From a bacterium (GTDB lineage Bacteria > RBG-13-61-14 > DATKZS01): a stretch of 64,000 bases of DNA. The notes under the pieces were generated by a model. The model saw only the letters and a program-made list of their open reading frames with translations. It did no database searches and was not told the DNA's origin. A program made the translations under genes and the position numbers. This document shows positions 47,087 through 56,286 of this stretch, piece after piece. The DNA is taken from the NCBI GenBank assembly GCA_963674965.2, contig CAXXFL010000007.1:544001-608000 (forward strand). The letters run 5' to 3'. Numbering within the stretch: the first letter of the stretch is position 1; every line of letters begins with the position of its first letter.

Positions 47087-49567
47087 ATGACAAAACGCTT
47101 ACTTTGGATTTTCGTCGGCCTGGCCTCCCTGGCCGCGGCCGGCTGTCTCCAATTAACGGGCGTGATCCAGCCCTCATCGGTTACGCAAAACGAGAGCTTT
47201 CAGGTGACTTTGAGCGTCAAGACCAGTAGCGACGCCTACGCCCTGGCCTCCGCCAGGTTCGGGGCGATCAAGCTTCCCGTTGGTTTCGAGGTCACCGAGG
47301 CCGTCCTCGACGGTCACACTCTTTTCGTGGATTACGGCCTGGCCCGGGAGGTCGATCTCGAGTATCCCGCCGGCCCGGGATACTACTGGTGGGTGGCGCA
47401 AAACCACGACGACGAGACGACCTTTACCACGTATCAGGTCATCCTCGAGGTCGAGGCGGGACAGACCGTTGGAAGTTACGCCATCGATTACCGGGTGGGC
47501 TATAAAACCATTTACCGCGAGTTGACCTTCGACGATTCCGTGCTCGGAGTTTCCCTCGAGGTCGTCCCCGACCTGGACAACGACGACGACGGGATGCCCA
47601 ACGAGTGGGAGGCCTCCCACGCCTGCCTGATGGCCAACACCGCCGATTCCGTCCTCGATCGGGACGGCGACGGGCTTTCGGCCCTGGAAGAGTTGGGCTT
47701 TTCCTCGGACCCCTGCGCGCCGGACACCGACCTTGACGGGCTCATCGACGGGATCGAGGCCGACGGCCTGGGCTCCGATCCCTTGAAGGCGGACACCGAC
47801 GGCGACGGACTGAGCGACGCTTTCGAGGCCGGCGTAGTGGTGGGCGCCGGTCCCAACCAGGCACTGGACTCCGGCGCGAATGGAGACGACCCGCTAAGAT
47901 ACCTGGCCCTGTGGCTGGGTCCCAACCTCGAGCCCGAATCTCAGGCCGCGGGAGACGACCTCCAGGTCATCGCACTGGAGGCGGACTACCCGCGGCTATT
48001 TATCACCGACCCAACCGACGACGACTCGGACGGCGACGGCGTGGACGACAAGACCGAGACCGAGTCCGGCGCCGACCCTCTCGACGCGGACGTAACTCCA
48101 TCGTCCCCCTCCATCGTGGGGGACGCGGCCAAGCTGAATTACGGTCCCGACCGCTCCGAGCGGCCGTCCCTGGTCTGGACCGGCTCGGAGTACGGGCTGG
48201 CCTGGGACGATAGCCGGGAGGGAGAGTACGGGATTTACTTCAACCGCCTGGCGGCGAACGGCGACACCCTTGGCCCGGACCTTCGCGTGTCCGATTCCTC
48301 GGGCGCGGCCCAGTCGCCCGAGCTTGTCTGGACCGGCTCGGAGTACGGTCTGGCCTGGGAGGACGGCCGCGGCTCGGACTTGGAAATCTACTTTGCCCGC
48401 TTGTCCGCCTCGGGCGCGAAACTGGGAGACGACCTCAGGGTATCCTCGGGCGCGTTTCCCAGCATAGCGCCGAGCCTGGCCTGGACCGGCTCGGAGTACG
48501 CGGCGGCCTGGCGGGACTTCAGGGACCTCAACTGGGAGATATACTTCGCCAGGGTCTCGGCCGACGGCGTGCCCGCGGGCGGTGAAAGGAGAATCACGAA
48601 CAAGCCCGCCCACGCCCAGGACCCGTCTCTTGTCTGGACCGGCTCCGAGTTCGGCCTGTTCTGGGACGACCGGACGGCGGACGTTCCCGCCGTCTTTTTT
48701 AGGAGACTGGCGGCCGACGGCGCGGCCCTGGCCGGCGAGACCGTTATCAGCTCGGCCTCGGCCCACGCCGAGTTCCCCCGCGCCGCCTGGACCGGCTCGG
48801 AGTACGGCGTGGCGTGGGAGGACTACCGGGACGGGGCCTGGGAGCTTTACTTCCGAGGCGTCACCGGCGCCGGCCTGGCGGCGGGAGAGGAATCGAGGCT
48901 GACCTACTCGAGCGGCTTCAGCGGCGGGGTGGACCTTGTCTGGTCGGGCGACGGATACGCCCTGGCCTGGGAGGAGGAGTCCTTGTCCCGCTCGGCCGAC
49001 GTCCAGTTCGCCCAGATGGCCGCGGACGGGACCCTGGTCGGCTCGATGACTCGACTGACCGAGAGCAAGGACTGGGAGGAAACGCCCACCCTGGTCTGGA
49101 CCGGATCCGAGTTCGGGCTGGCCTGGAACGTCAATTCATATCGAAGCGCCAATATATACTTCGCCCGCGTCCGGGGTTCCCAGGACACGGATGGGGACGG
49201 CCTGTCCGACTCGCTCGAGACGACTTCCGCCACGGACTGGAGAAACCATGACACCGACGACGACGGCCTGTCGGACGGGGAGGAGGACGCCGACGGGGAC
49301 GGCCAAGTCGGCGCGGACGAGACCGATCCCACCAACCCCGACACCGATGGGGACGGCATGAGCGATTACGATGAAATCCAGGCCGGGCGGGACCCGCTGG
49401 CGCCGGACGGCGACGAGGGCGGCGAAGGTCCCGGCGGCGGCGTTTCGGGCGGGTGCATGATCGGAAATCCCCCCATGACCGCCGGCGGCGTGGCGGTTAC
49501 CCTGGCGCTTCTCATCTCTCCCCTCATCATCTCCCGGCTGCTTACGAGGAAAAGACGAAGAGAATAG
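47087..49567 (+). CDS. Cell-surface protein with Ca-binding DxDxDG repeats, a 7-repeat propeller and a C-terminal sorting signal
   Basis: Signal peptide ending LAAAGC; DTDGDG repeats; 7 WTGSE(Y/F)G-type repeats; GGC-TM-RKRRRE tail. Confidence 0.88.
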   Translation: MTKRLLWIFVGLASLAAAGCLQLTGVIQPSSVTQNESFQVTLSVKTSSDAYALASARFGAIKLPVGFEVTEAVLDGHTLFVDYGLAREVDLEYPAGPGYYWWVAQNHDDETTFTTYQVILEVEAGQTVGSYAIDYRVGYKTIYRELTFDDSVLGVSLEVVPDLDNDDDGMPNEWEASHACLMANTADSVLDRDGDGLSALEELGFSSDPCAPDTDLDGLIDGIEADGLGSDPLKADTDGDGLSDAFEAGVVVGAGPNQALDSGANGDDPLRYLALWLGPNLEPESQAAGDDLQVIALEADYPRLFITDPTDDDSDGDGVDDKTETESGADPLDADVTPSSPSIVGDAAKLNYGPDRSERPSLVWTGSEYGLAWDDSREGEYGIYFNRLAANGDTLGPDLRVSDSSGAAQSPELVWTGSEYGLAWEDGRGSDLEIYFARLSASGAKLGDDLRVSSGAFPSIAPSLAWTGSEYAAAWRDFRDLNWEIYFARVSADGVPAGGERRITNKPAHAQDPSLVWTGSEFGLFWDDRTADVPAVFFRRLAADGAALAGETVISSASAHAEFPRAAWTGSEYGVAWEDYRDGAWELYFRGVTGAGLAAGEESRLTYSSGFSGGVDLVWSGDGYALAWEEESLSRSADVQFAQMAADGTLVGSMTRLTESKDWEETPTLVWTGSEFGLAWNVNSYRSANIYFARVRGSQDTDGDGLSDSLETTSATDWRNHDTDDDGLSDGEEDADGDGQVGADETDPTNPDTDGDGMSDYDEIQAGRDPLAPDGDEGGEGPGGGVSGGCMIGNPPMTAGGVAVTLALLISPLIISRLLTRKRRRE
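48140..49175 (+). repeat. Seven ~51-aa WTGSEYG coding repeats
   Basis: TGGACCGGCTCGGAGTACG-like motif recurring about every 153 bp. Confidence 0.88.
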
Positions 49568-49582
49568 AAAGGTCGAGACGAT

Positions 49583-49616
49583 AAAAAGCCTCCCGGCCAA
49601 AGGGGCGGGAGGCCTT
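49583..49616. terminator. Hairpin between convergent genes
   Basis: AAAAAGCCTCCCG...CGGGAGGC; T-run on the minus strand. Confidence 0.6.
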
Positions 49617-49631
49617 CGCGTTATCGTCCGC

Positions 49632-50789
49632 TCAGCGGGAGGTCACCCGTTTGGCCTGCCCCATCCAGGAGAGGCTCTGGACCGTGTTCCAGACGAAAAC
49701 GGCCTTGGCCGAGTACTCGGGCTTCATCGGCTCGGCCTCCCTGACCGCCCGAATCCAGGCGTCGGGGTCGTCGCTCTCGACGATGCCCTGGAAGTCGTAA
49801 ATCCCGAAGTGCATCACGCCGGCGTACTTGCAAACGGCCGCGTCCTTGCCCAGGTCCGCCGGGTCGGTCCAGACCGCCCCGTGCCCCTCGCCCGGGATGG
49901 TCTGTCCCAGGCTCATGGCGGCCCGGTTGCCGTACTTGTTCGCCACCACCCGGCAGATCAGATAGGAAAGGTACCTGGTGTCCTTGATGGTCCACTTCAT
50001 GCCGATGCCCTTGAGAAGGTCCTGGAGGAAGGCCGTGTTCTGCGACCCGAAGTGCATGAAGGTAACGTAGTCCCAGTCGATCATGAGGGACGGTCCGCCC
50101 GAGATGTCCTGGAAAACGGGGCGCTTGATTTTTATATCCGCGGCCGCGTAGTCCATGGCCGTGCTTATGGCCACGGTGTCATGCTCGTGAAGCTTGTCCA
50201 GCACCGCCTGGAACTTCGGGATCGAGGCGTCGAAGGACTTTTTATCCAGCATGCCCAGGATGGTCCCCAGCCCGACGGACTCCTCCCCGGCCTTTTCGTC
50301 CGGCGCCCTGTCCGAGCCGGTCTGGCAGTTGGGAGGCTCGATGTCCACGATCAGCGCCTCGATGCGAACGTCGTGGGAGTCGGCCCAGGCGTACATGTTG
50401 TCCAGATGCTCGAGGTACTCGTCGGCGTACTCGTCGTTAAGATAGAGGCAGTGCTCGCGGGGAAGCAGGGGCCAGGCCACGATTTTAATGCCCGCCTTAT
50501 CGTAGGCCTTGAAGACATCGGCCAGCTCGTCTCCCAGGTAGTTGGCCCTGATGTTGGGGGCCACCATGATATTGTTCCGCTTGGCTATGTCCATGGTCCT
50601 GGGATCGAGGAGTTCCTCGAAGGTCATGTACTCGGCCGTGACCAGTATCTGCGGCTCGTTGGGGTCAACGCCCAGGGAGAGGAAATCGGGCTTGAACTCG
50701 CCGGCCAGGAGGGGCCAACCGAAGAACAGGGCCAGGGAAAGGGCCATCAGACCAAAAGACGAAAGCGCGATCTTGCGAGCGTTATTCAT
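49632..50789 (-). CDS. Hypothetical membrane-anchored/exported protein, possible TIM-barrel hydrolase
   Basis: AAGGAGG RBS; N-terminal TM; IVDIEP motif; alternating alpha/beta pattern. Confidence 0.7.
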   Translation of the reverse strand: MNNARKIALSSFGLMALSLALFFGWPLLAGEFKPDFLSLGVDPNEPQILVTAEYMTFEELLDPRTMDIAKRNNIMVAPNIRANYLGDELADVFKAYDKAGIKIVAWPLLPREHCLYLNDEYADEYLEHLDNMYAWADSHDVRIEALIVDIEPPNCQTGSDRAPDEKAGEESVGLGTILGMLDKKSFDASIPKFQAVLDKLHEHDTVAISTAMDYAAADIKIKRPVFQDISGGPSLMIDWDYVTFMHFGSQNTAFLQDLLKGIGMKWTIKDTRYLSYLICRVVANKYGNRAAMSLGQTIPGEGHGAVWTDPADLGKDAAVCKYAGVMHFGIYDFQGIVESDDPDAWIRAVREAEPMKPEYSAKAVFVWNTVQSLSWMGQAKRVTSR

Positions 50790-50845
50790 ATATCAATCCT
50801 CCTTACGACTCGGATTCATCTTCACGCGTAGCCATACATCATATT

Positions 50846-51943
50846 CTATGGGACCTGGCTTGACAACGCGGGCGCTAATACCTCGAGGGCGAAGCGGCGG
50901 GAAAGCTCGAGGGCCCCCTCCGGGCCGAGATGGACGGAATAATCGAAAAACGCCTCGTCCTCCGGCGCCCAGTCGGGTCCGTTCATGTCGACCAGCAGGA
51001 CTCCCTCCTCGCGGCAGGCCAGGGCGTAGTAGGCGGAAGACTTGGCCTCTCCAAGCCCTTCCACCTCGCGCCGGAACGAGGCCGACTCGGGGGTAAGCGC
51101 GACGATGGGCAGGGCGCCGGAGTCCTTTATAGCCCTGAGCGTCCGCCTGAAGATCGAGTCGGTAAAGTCCGAGGTCTCGAACTCCCTCATCATCTCCCGG
51201 TACCTTTGCACTTCCCTTTTATAGGCCTTTCGCCGGCCTCCTTCCTCGCGATAGGTCTGGGCCATCCGGTTGATCGCCTGGGCCCTGGGGGTTACGGGAT
51301 TAAGGTACGCGCTCGAGTCGGTGAACTCCGAGATGGAAGCGGGCCTCGATCGACGGTCAAGGTCCAGGAGTTGGAATAGCGTCTCGAGGCCGCGGGTGAG
51401 GCCCTGGGCCGCCCCTAGTTTCTGGTCCCAGTCGGGGCAATAAAGGGCGCCCCAGGCCATGGTCGCGGGCGAGGCGTACAGGCGGAGGTCGCGGGCGAAC
51501 CTCGGGTTATGGGCGTTGATCGTGAAGGGGGCCGTGCCGACCACGACGACCTTTGGCCGCCTGGAAAGACCCGCCAGCCTGACCGCTATCTCGTGGACGC
51601 CGATCGACTGGGCGGCGTCGAGCCCGAGGTTGACGACCCTGGGTGAACCAAGACCGGCCAGTTCCTCCTCCATTACGGTCGAGACGAAGTCGTGGCGGGC
51701 CCTCGAGTCGCCGAGGATGACCACGTCGCCCGCGTCGTCCAGCTCGAGAACGCGGCAGAGTTTCAGGTTCTGTTTGGCGAGAGGGCCTATCCAGGGCTGG
51801 AAAAACCAATAGGGCGTCCGGGACAAGGCGAGGTTGAAGACCAGCATGACCGCGAGGGCGGAGCCGAGGATGATCGCTCCCATCTTAAGGGGAGAAGCCG
51901 ATCGGGGCGCTCCTTTCTTTTCCTTGTTTGCCGACGCGTTCAT
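50846..51943 (-). CDS. SGNH-like membrane-anchored protein (DltD/AlgJ-like)
   Basis: ILGDSR, VNLG and DYSVHL motifs. Confidence 0.7.
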   Translation of the reverse strand: MNASANKEKKGAPRSASPLKMGAIILGSALAVMLVFNLALSRTPYWFFQPWIGPLAKQNLKLCRVLELDDAGDVVILGDSRARHDFVSTVMEEELAGLGSPRVVNLGLDAAQSIGVHEIAVRLAGLSRRPKVVVVGTAPFTINAHNPRFARDLRLYASPATMAWGALYCPDWDQKLGAAQGLTRGLETLFQLLDLDRRSRPASISEFTDSSAYLNPVTPRAQAINRMAQTYREEGGRRKAYKREVQRYREMMREFETSDFTDSIFRRTLRAIKDSGALPIVALTPESASFRREVEGLGEAKSSAYYALACREEGVLLVDMNGPDWAPEDEAFFDYSVHLGPEGALELSRRFALEVLAPALSSQVP

Positions 51944-52045
51944 CTTGAGTGGACATTATAGCGTCATGAGACCCCGGCGGCCACCCGCGCCGGCCGTCAG
52001 GCTTGCCCGGAGCCGCCGACTCGAATAGAATTTTGAAAGTCGCCG

Positions 52046-53890
52046 ATGGAAGAGATTACTCGCAAGCCGATGGCGCCGCGCCTGGGACTGGTGTTGGTTA
52101 TTTTATTGAGCCTGGCCGTCCGCGTCCTGGTGACGATGGACAACCGGTCAGGTCCGCTATTCGACTCCTACCGGCTGGACGAGACGCTTTACCTCGAATG
52201 GGCCAGGCAAGCCTCGGAGGGGGACCCGTTTCTGGATTACGTGCCCATACACGGTCCCGGCTACCCCTGGGCGCTGGGGTTATTGTACGCCGCAGGTGGA
52301 GACGAATACCTTACTCCCCGGGTCCTCAACTCCGCCCTGGGGATAGGATCGATTATCCTCGTTTACTGTCTCGCCGCCTCGCTGGCCGGTCCGTGGGCCG
52401 GAGTTTTCGCGGCCCTTCTTATCGGCCTTTACTGGCCCATGATTACCCTCGAGCAGCGGGTAATGGGAACGGCCCTGTTCGTTTTCCTGAACCTCCTTTC
52501 TCTTAAGCTGGCCACGTGGGCGGCCAGGCGGGACGCCGTCCGGAGGTGGGCCTTGTGCGGCCTGGCCATCGGAGCGGCGGCCGTTACGCGGCCCAATTCC
52601 CTCGTCTGGCTCGCCGTCCTGGCCGCCTGGCTCGCGGTCGCGGCGGCGAGGTCCAAATCGGGACGCCGGGCGGCGTCGGTCCTGGCCCTGGCCGGGGCGG
52701 CCCTTTTGCCCATGGCGCCGGTCGCGATCCACAACCATGGGGTCTCCGGCGACTGGATACCGGTGCAGGCCGACGGAGGGCTCAACTTCTATCTCGGCAA
52801 CAACCCCGAGTCGAACGGAACGCCCTACGCCAGGCCCGGCGGCAAATGGGACGCCATCGAGGCACGGCCCTTCCTCGAGGCCGGCGCGGTCTCACTGGCG
52901 GAGCAGGACGGGTTCTATACGCGAGAGGTCCTCCGGTTCCTTGCCGAGCGTCCTTTGGCCTTCCTTTTCAAGCTGGCGCGAAAATGCCTGCTCATCTTGA
53001 ATAACCGGGAAATGAGGGCGACCTTCGATCCCGCTTTTTTAAGGGGGCTGTCGAAAACGCTCAGCGCGCCCTTTCCGGGCTTCTGGCTCATCTTCGCCCT
53101 GGCCGCGGCGGGAATATTCTCCCTGCGGCCGTGGAGGACGCCGAGCCGGCTGGTCCTCTTGTTCGTGGGCTCACACGCGGCGGCCGTTGTCGCGACCGTC
53201 GTCTCCTGCCGCTACCGCTTGGCCGTGACGGCGGGCCTGGCCATACTGGCGGGGGCCGGGGCGGCCAGGACCTTGCGCGCGGTAAAGTCGGTCCTTAATA
53301 AGGAGGACGACACGGGGCGCTTGAAACGCGAGTTGGCCTTCACGCTTGCCCTGGCCGCGGCTGGAGCGGCCCTTTCCTTTCTGCCGGTCGCGCCGCGCCA
53401 TGGCGAGGCGGAGTCTCTCACCTATCTGGGCGACGCCTGGCTGCAAAAAAAGGATATGGACCGGGCCCGGGAATACTATAGCCGCGCGCTTGCTTCCGAG
53501 CCCGATTACGCCCCGGCCATGTCTCGCCTCTCGAGGCTGGAGGAGAATCGGGGCGACCTCGAGGCGGCACTGACCTGGCTCGAGACGTCGGTCGCGGCCG
53601 ATCCGGACGGAGGCTCGGGACATTACGAGCTGTCCAGGCTATACTGGCGACTGGGCCGGCGGGAACAAGCCCTTCTCGAGGCCCGGCTGGCGGCGGATAA
53701 AAAACCCTTGTGGGCCGACGGACTCATGAACCTGGCCGTGATGGAGCTAAACGTGGGAAGGCTTACCAACGCGCTCGCGGCGGCCGACCGCCTTCTGGAA
53801 ATCCGGCCCGACCTCGAGGACGCGAAGAGATTGAGGATGGACGCCATGCGATCGCTGGAAGCCGAAAAGAAAAAGGAGGACGAAAAGTGA
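52046..53890 (+). CDS. GT-C (PMT_2/ArnT-like) glycosyltransferase with TPRs
   Basis: LDETLY, PGYP, TRPN, NFYLGNNP and RYRL motifs; C-terminal TPRs. Confidence 0.85.
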   Translation: MEEITRKPMAPRLGLVLVILLSLAVRVLVTMDNRSGPLFDSYRLDETLYLEWARQASEGDPFLDYVPIHGPGYPWALGLLYAAGGDEYLTPRVLNSALGIGSIILVYCLAASLAGPWAGVFAALLIGLYWPMITLEQRVMGTALFVFLNLLSLKLATWAARRDAVRRWALCGLAIGAAAVTRPNSLVWLAVLAAWLAVAAARSKSGRRAASVLALAGAALLPMAPVAIHNHGVSGDWIPVQADGGLNFYLGNNPESNGTPYARPGGKWDAIEARPFLEAGAVSLAEQDGFYTREVLRFLAERPLAFLFKLARKCLLILNNREMRATFDPAFLRGLSKTLSAPFPGFWLIFALAAAGIFSLRPWRTPSRLVLLFVGSHAAAVVATVVSCRYRLAVTAGLAILAGAGAARTLRAVKSVLNKEDDTGRLKRELAFTLALAAAGAALSFLPVAPRHGEAESLTYLGDAWLQKKDMDRAREYYSRALASEPDYAPAMSRLSRLEENRGDLEAALTWLETSVAADPDGGSGHYELSRLYWRLGRREQALLEARLAADKKPLWADGLMNLAVMELNVGRLTNALAAADRLLEIRPDLEDAKRLRMDAMRSLEAEKKKEDEK

Positions 53891-55461
53891 GCGGCCGGAA
53901 ATACGCCGGAGCGGCCGCCGCCGTCTTCGCCCTGGCTTTCCTCGTCCACGTCCACGCCCTGGGCATGGGCTACACCTTTGACGAGCGGATACTGATCTCG
54001 GGCAATCCAGCGGTGATGGAGCTCGACCTAGGTACCATCCTGGGTTCCAAGTTCTGGCCCGGACCCACGCGGGGCGTGTACTACAGGCCCACGGTCATCC
54101 TCTCCTACGCCGCGGCCTACGCCCTGGCGGGAGACGCGCCCTGGGCCCAGCACCTTGTAAATCTCCTGGCCCACGCGGCCGCCTCCTCCCTGGCCTTCCT
54201 TCTCCTGATGAGGCTGGGCCAAAAGGCGGGGCCGGCCTTTTTAGTCACGGCCGTTTTCGCGGTCCATCCGGTCCACGCGGAGAACGTCTTCTGGGTCCCG
54301 GGCAGGACCGACGTTCTGGCGACGGCTTTTTTGCTCGCCTCCTGGCTTTCCTTTTTAAAGGCGCGGGAGGGCGAGCGGGCCGGAGAGTCGGCGCCCTGGT
54401 ACGGGCTGGCGGGTTTCCTTTTTCTGCTGGCCCTGGGGGCAAAGGAAATAGCGGCGGTCCTTCCCTTGCTTATCCTGGCGAGGGACCTTCTCGGGGAGGC
54501 CCGGATGAAAAAACGGGCGAAGATCGAGCACGTCGCCTCCTTCGCGCTGTTATTTCTTTTCCTCGCCTGGAGGTGGTGGGTCCTGCTCGGGCCGGGGGAC
54601 GAGCCCTCTCCCGACCCGCTCTCTTCTCTTTCATATCTTACGTCTTCGCTGACCACCGCTTATATCTTTGCCAAGGCGGCCTTGACCATCGTCTTTCCCG
54701 GTTCCTGGAAGATCGATTACGCCTATGAGGAGGCCATGCTCGGGGCCCCGGGCTGGGCGCTGGGGCTTTCGCTTTTATTCTTCCTCGCCATGGCCGCCGC
54801 CGTGCCGGCGCTGCGCGAGAAAAGGCCGGAGGCTTCTTTCGCGGCGGCCGGGTTCCTTATCGGCATGGCGCCGGTCTCGCATCTTGTTCCCTTTCCCACT
54901 CTTTTCGCCGAGCGCTTTCTATATCTTCCCAGTCTTTTCCTGGTCCTTTTCGTCGTCGAGCTGGCTTATTCATGGCTTGAGCATGGGGAAGAGAAGGAGG
55001 AGAGGACGAGGGTCCGAAAGAGGCCCCTATTGGCGGCCATGGCTATCTTGATCGCGGCGCTTTCCCTGGCCGAGGTCTCGAGGGGGCGGCATTTCAAGGA
55101 CGACCTGTCCTTCTGGAGCGAGGCGGTCCGTCAGGTCCCGCGCCTGGCCCTGGCCCGCAACTGGCTTGGCATAGCCCACATGGAAAGGGCCGACTACGCC
55201 GCGGCCGAGCGGCTGTTCAAGGACGCCGTTTCCCTGGACCGGGATTTTTACGTGGCCCGGATGAACCTGGCGGGCGTGATGCTGAAGACGGGAAGGACCG
55301 GCGAGGCGGTCGAGCTGATGGAAACGCTCGTCCAGGAGCACCCGGGCAAATGCGACCTTCTCATGAACCTCTCGGTGGCTTACTCGATGAACGGGCGGAT
55401 CGCGGAGGCGGTGGTGGCGGAGGAGGCCGCCCGCCGGGCCTGCGGAGGAGCCGCCGAGTAG
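53887..55461 (+). CDS. TMTC-like GT-C protein O-mannosyltransferase with TPRs
   Basis: FDE, YYRP, HLVNLLAH, FAVHPVHAENV, GRTD, KE and AERFLYLPS motifs; GTG start overlaps the upstream stop. Confidence 0.87.
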   Translation: MSGRKYAGAAAAVFALAFLVHVHALGMGYTFDERILISGNPAVMELDLGTILGSKFWPGPTRGVYYRPTVILSYAAAYALAGDAPWAQHLVNLLAHAAASSLAFLLLMRLGQKAGPAFLVTAVFAVHPVHAENVFWVPGRTDVLATAFLLASWLSFLKAREGERAGESAPWYGLAGFLFLLALGAKEIAAVLPLLILARDLLGEARMKKRAKIEHVASFALLFLFLAWRWWVLLGPGDEPSPDPLSSLSYLTSSLTTAYIFAKAALTIVFPGSWKIDYAYEEAMLGAPGWALGLSLLFFLAMAAAVPALREKRPEASFAAAGFLIGMAPVSHLVPFPTLFAERFLYLPSLFLVLFVVELAYSWLEHGEEKEERTRVRKRPLLAAMAILIAALSLAEVSRGRHFKDDLSFWSEAVRQVPRLALARNWLGIAHMERADYAAAERLFKDAVSLDRDFYVARMNLAGVMLKTGRTGEAVELMETLVQEHPGKCDLLMNLSVAYSMNGRIAEAVVAEEAARRACGGAAE

Positions 55462-55475
55462 CCGGGCCCGCGCGG

Positions 55476-56201
55476 CTATTTCCTTCTTCCCAGGTACTCG
55501 GCGGCGACCAGGGCCGCCAGTTCGGACGCGGCCTTTATTATTACCCGGACGCTTCCCCCGGTGTTTAGTCCGCCCCTCCGCGGAAGATGGGTAACGGCGA
55601 CCTCGGCGGGAACCACCCCCGCTTTCTTGGCGGCCAGAAGTATCTCCGCGTTGATAAGGGCCCCGCCGGCGCTAAGACCGGCCCCGGCCACGATGTCCCT
55701 TTTAAAAAGCTTGAAGGCGCAGTTCATGTCCCTTACGCGGAGACCGAAAAGGGTCCTTGTCACCAGCGTGAAGAGACGGCCGTAAAGTCTTCTTTCAAAC
55801 GGGTCCCGCCTGTCTTTCCTGTATCCGGCCACCAGGCGCTCCTCCCCGGCCAGGGCGATCAGTTTCTCCATCTCGTCCGGCACGAACTGCCCGTCCGAGT
55901 CCATGAAGAATATCCAGTCCAGCGTGGCCGCCTCGAAGCCGGAGCGGAGCGCGGCTCCGTAGCCCCGGTTGACCTCATGAGCGATTAACTTTACTCTCCC
56001 GTCCGCGCGCGCCGCGGCCCTTGCTATCTCGCCCGTGCGGTCGCCGCTTCCGTCGTCCACCACGATGACCTCGAACTTTTTGGCGTTCGCCTCGAGGGCC
56101 AGGATGAGATCACGCAGCGTTTTTTCCAGATTGTCGGCCTCGTTGTACGCCGGCAGCACGGCCGAGACCTCGATCCAGGCGTCTTTTTTCCCTTGGTCCA
56201 T
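55476..56201 (-). CDS. GT2 polyprenol-phosphate sugar synthase (Dpm1-like)
   Basis: PAYNE, VDDGSGD, NRGYGAA, MDSDGQF and DMNCAFK motifs. Confidence 0.92.
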   Translation of the reverse strand: MDQGKKDAWIEVSAVLPAYNEADNLEKTLRDLILALEANAKKFEVIVVDDGSGDRTGEIARAAARADGRVKLIAHEVNRGYGAALRSGFEAATLDWIFFMDSDGQFVPDEMEKLIALAGEERLVAGYRKDRRDPFERRLYGRLFTLVTRTLFGLRVRDMNCAFKLFKRDIVAGAGLSAGGALINAEILLAAKKAGVVPAEVAVTHLPRRGGLNTGGSVRVIIKAASELAALVAAEYLGRRK

Positions 56202-56286
56202 GATGGGCAAGGTTTAACACGGCCCGGCCTTTCGATCAACAGGAGCCGGGCTTGCGCGTTGGGGGCGGGGCTTTTATAATCGCGCC

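Noticed and set aside
48140-49175. CRISPR array
   Set aside because: Repeats are degenerate, in frame, about 153 bp in period and protein-coding; no cas genes.
53710-53886. Upstream extension of the TMTC-like ORF
   Set aside because: Overlaps the previous gene; the GTG at 53887 has an AGGAGG RBS and a GTGA stop/start coupling.
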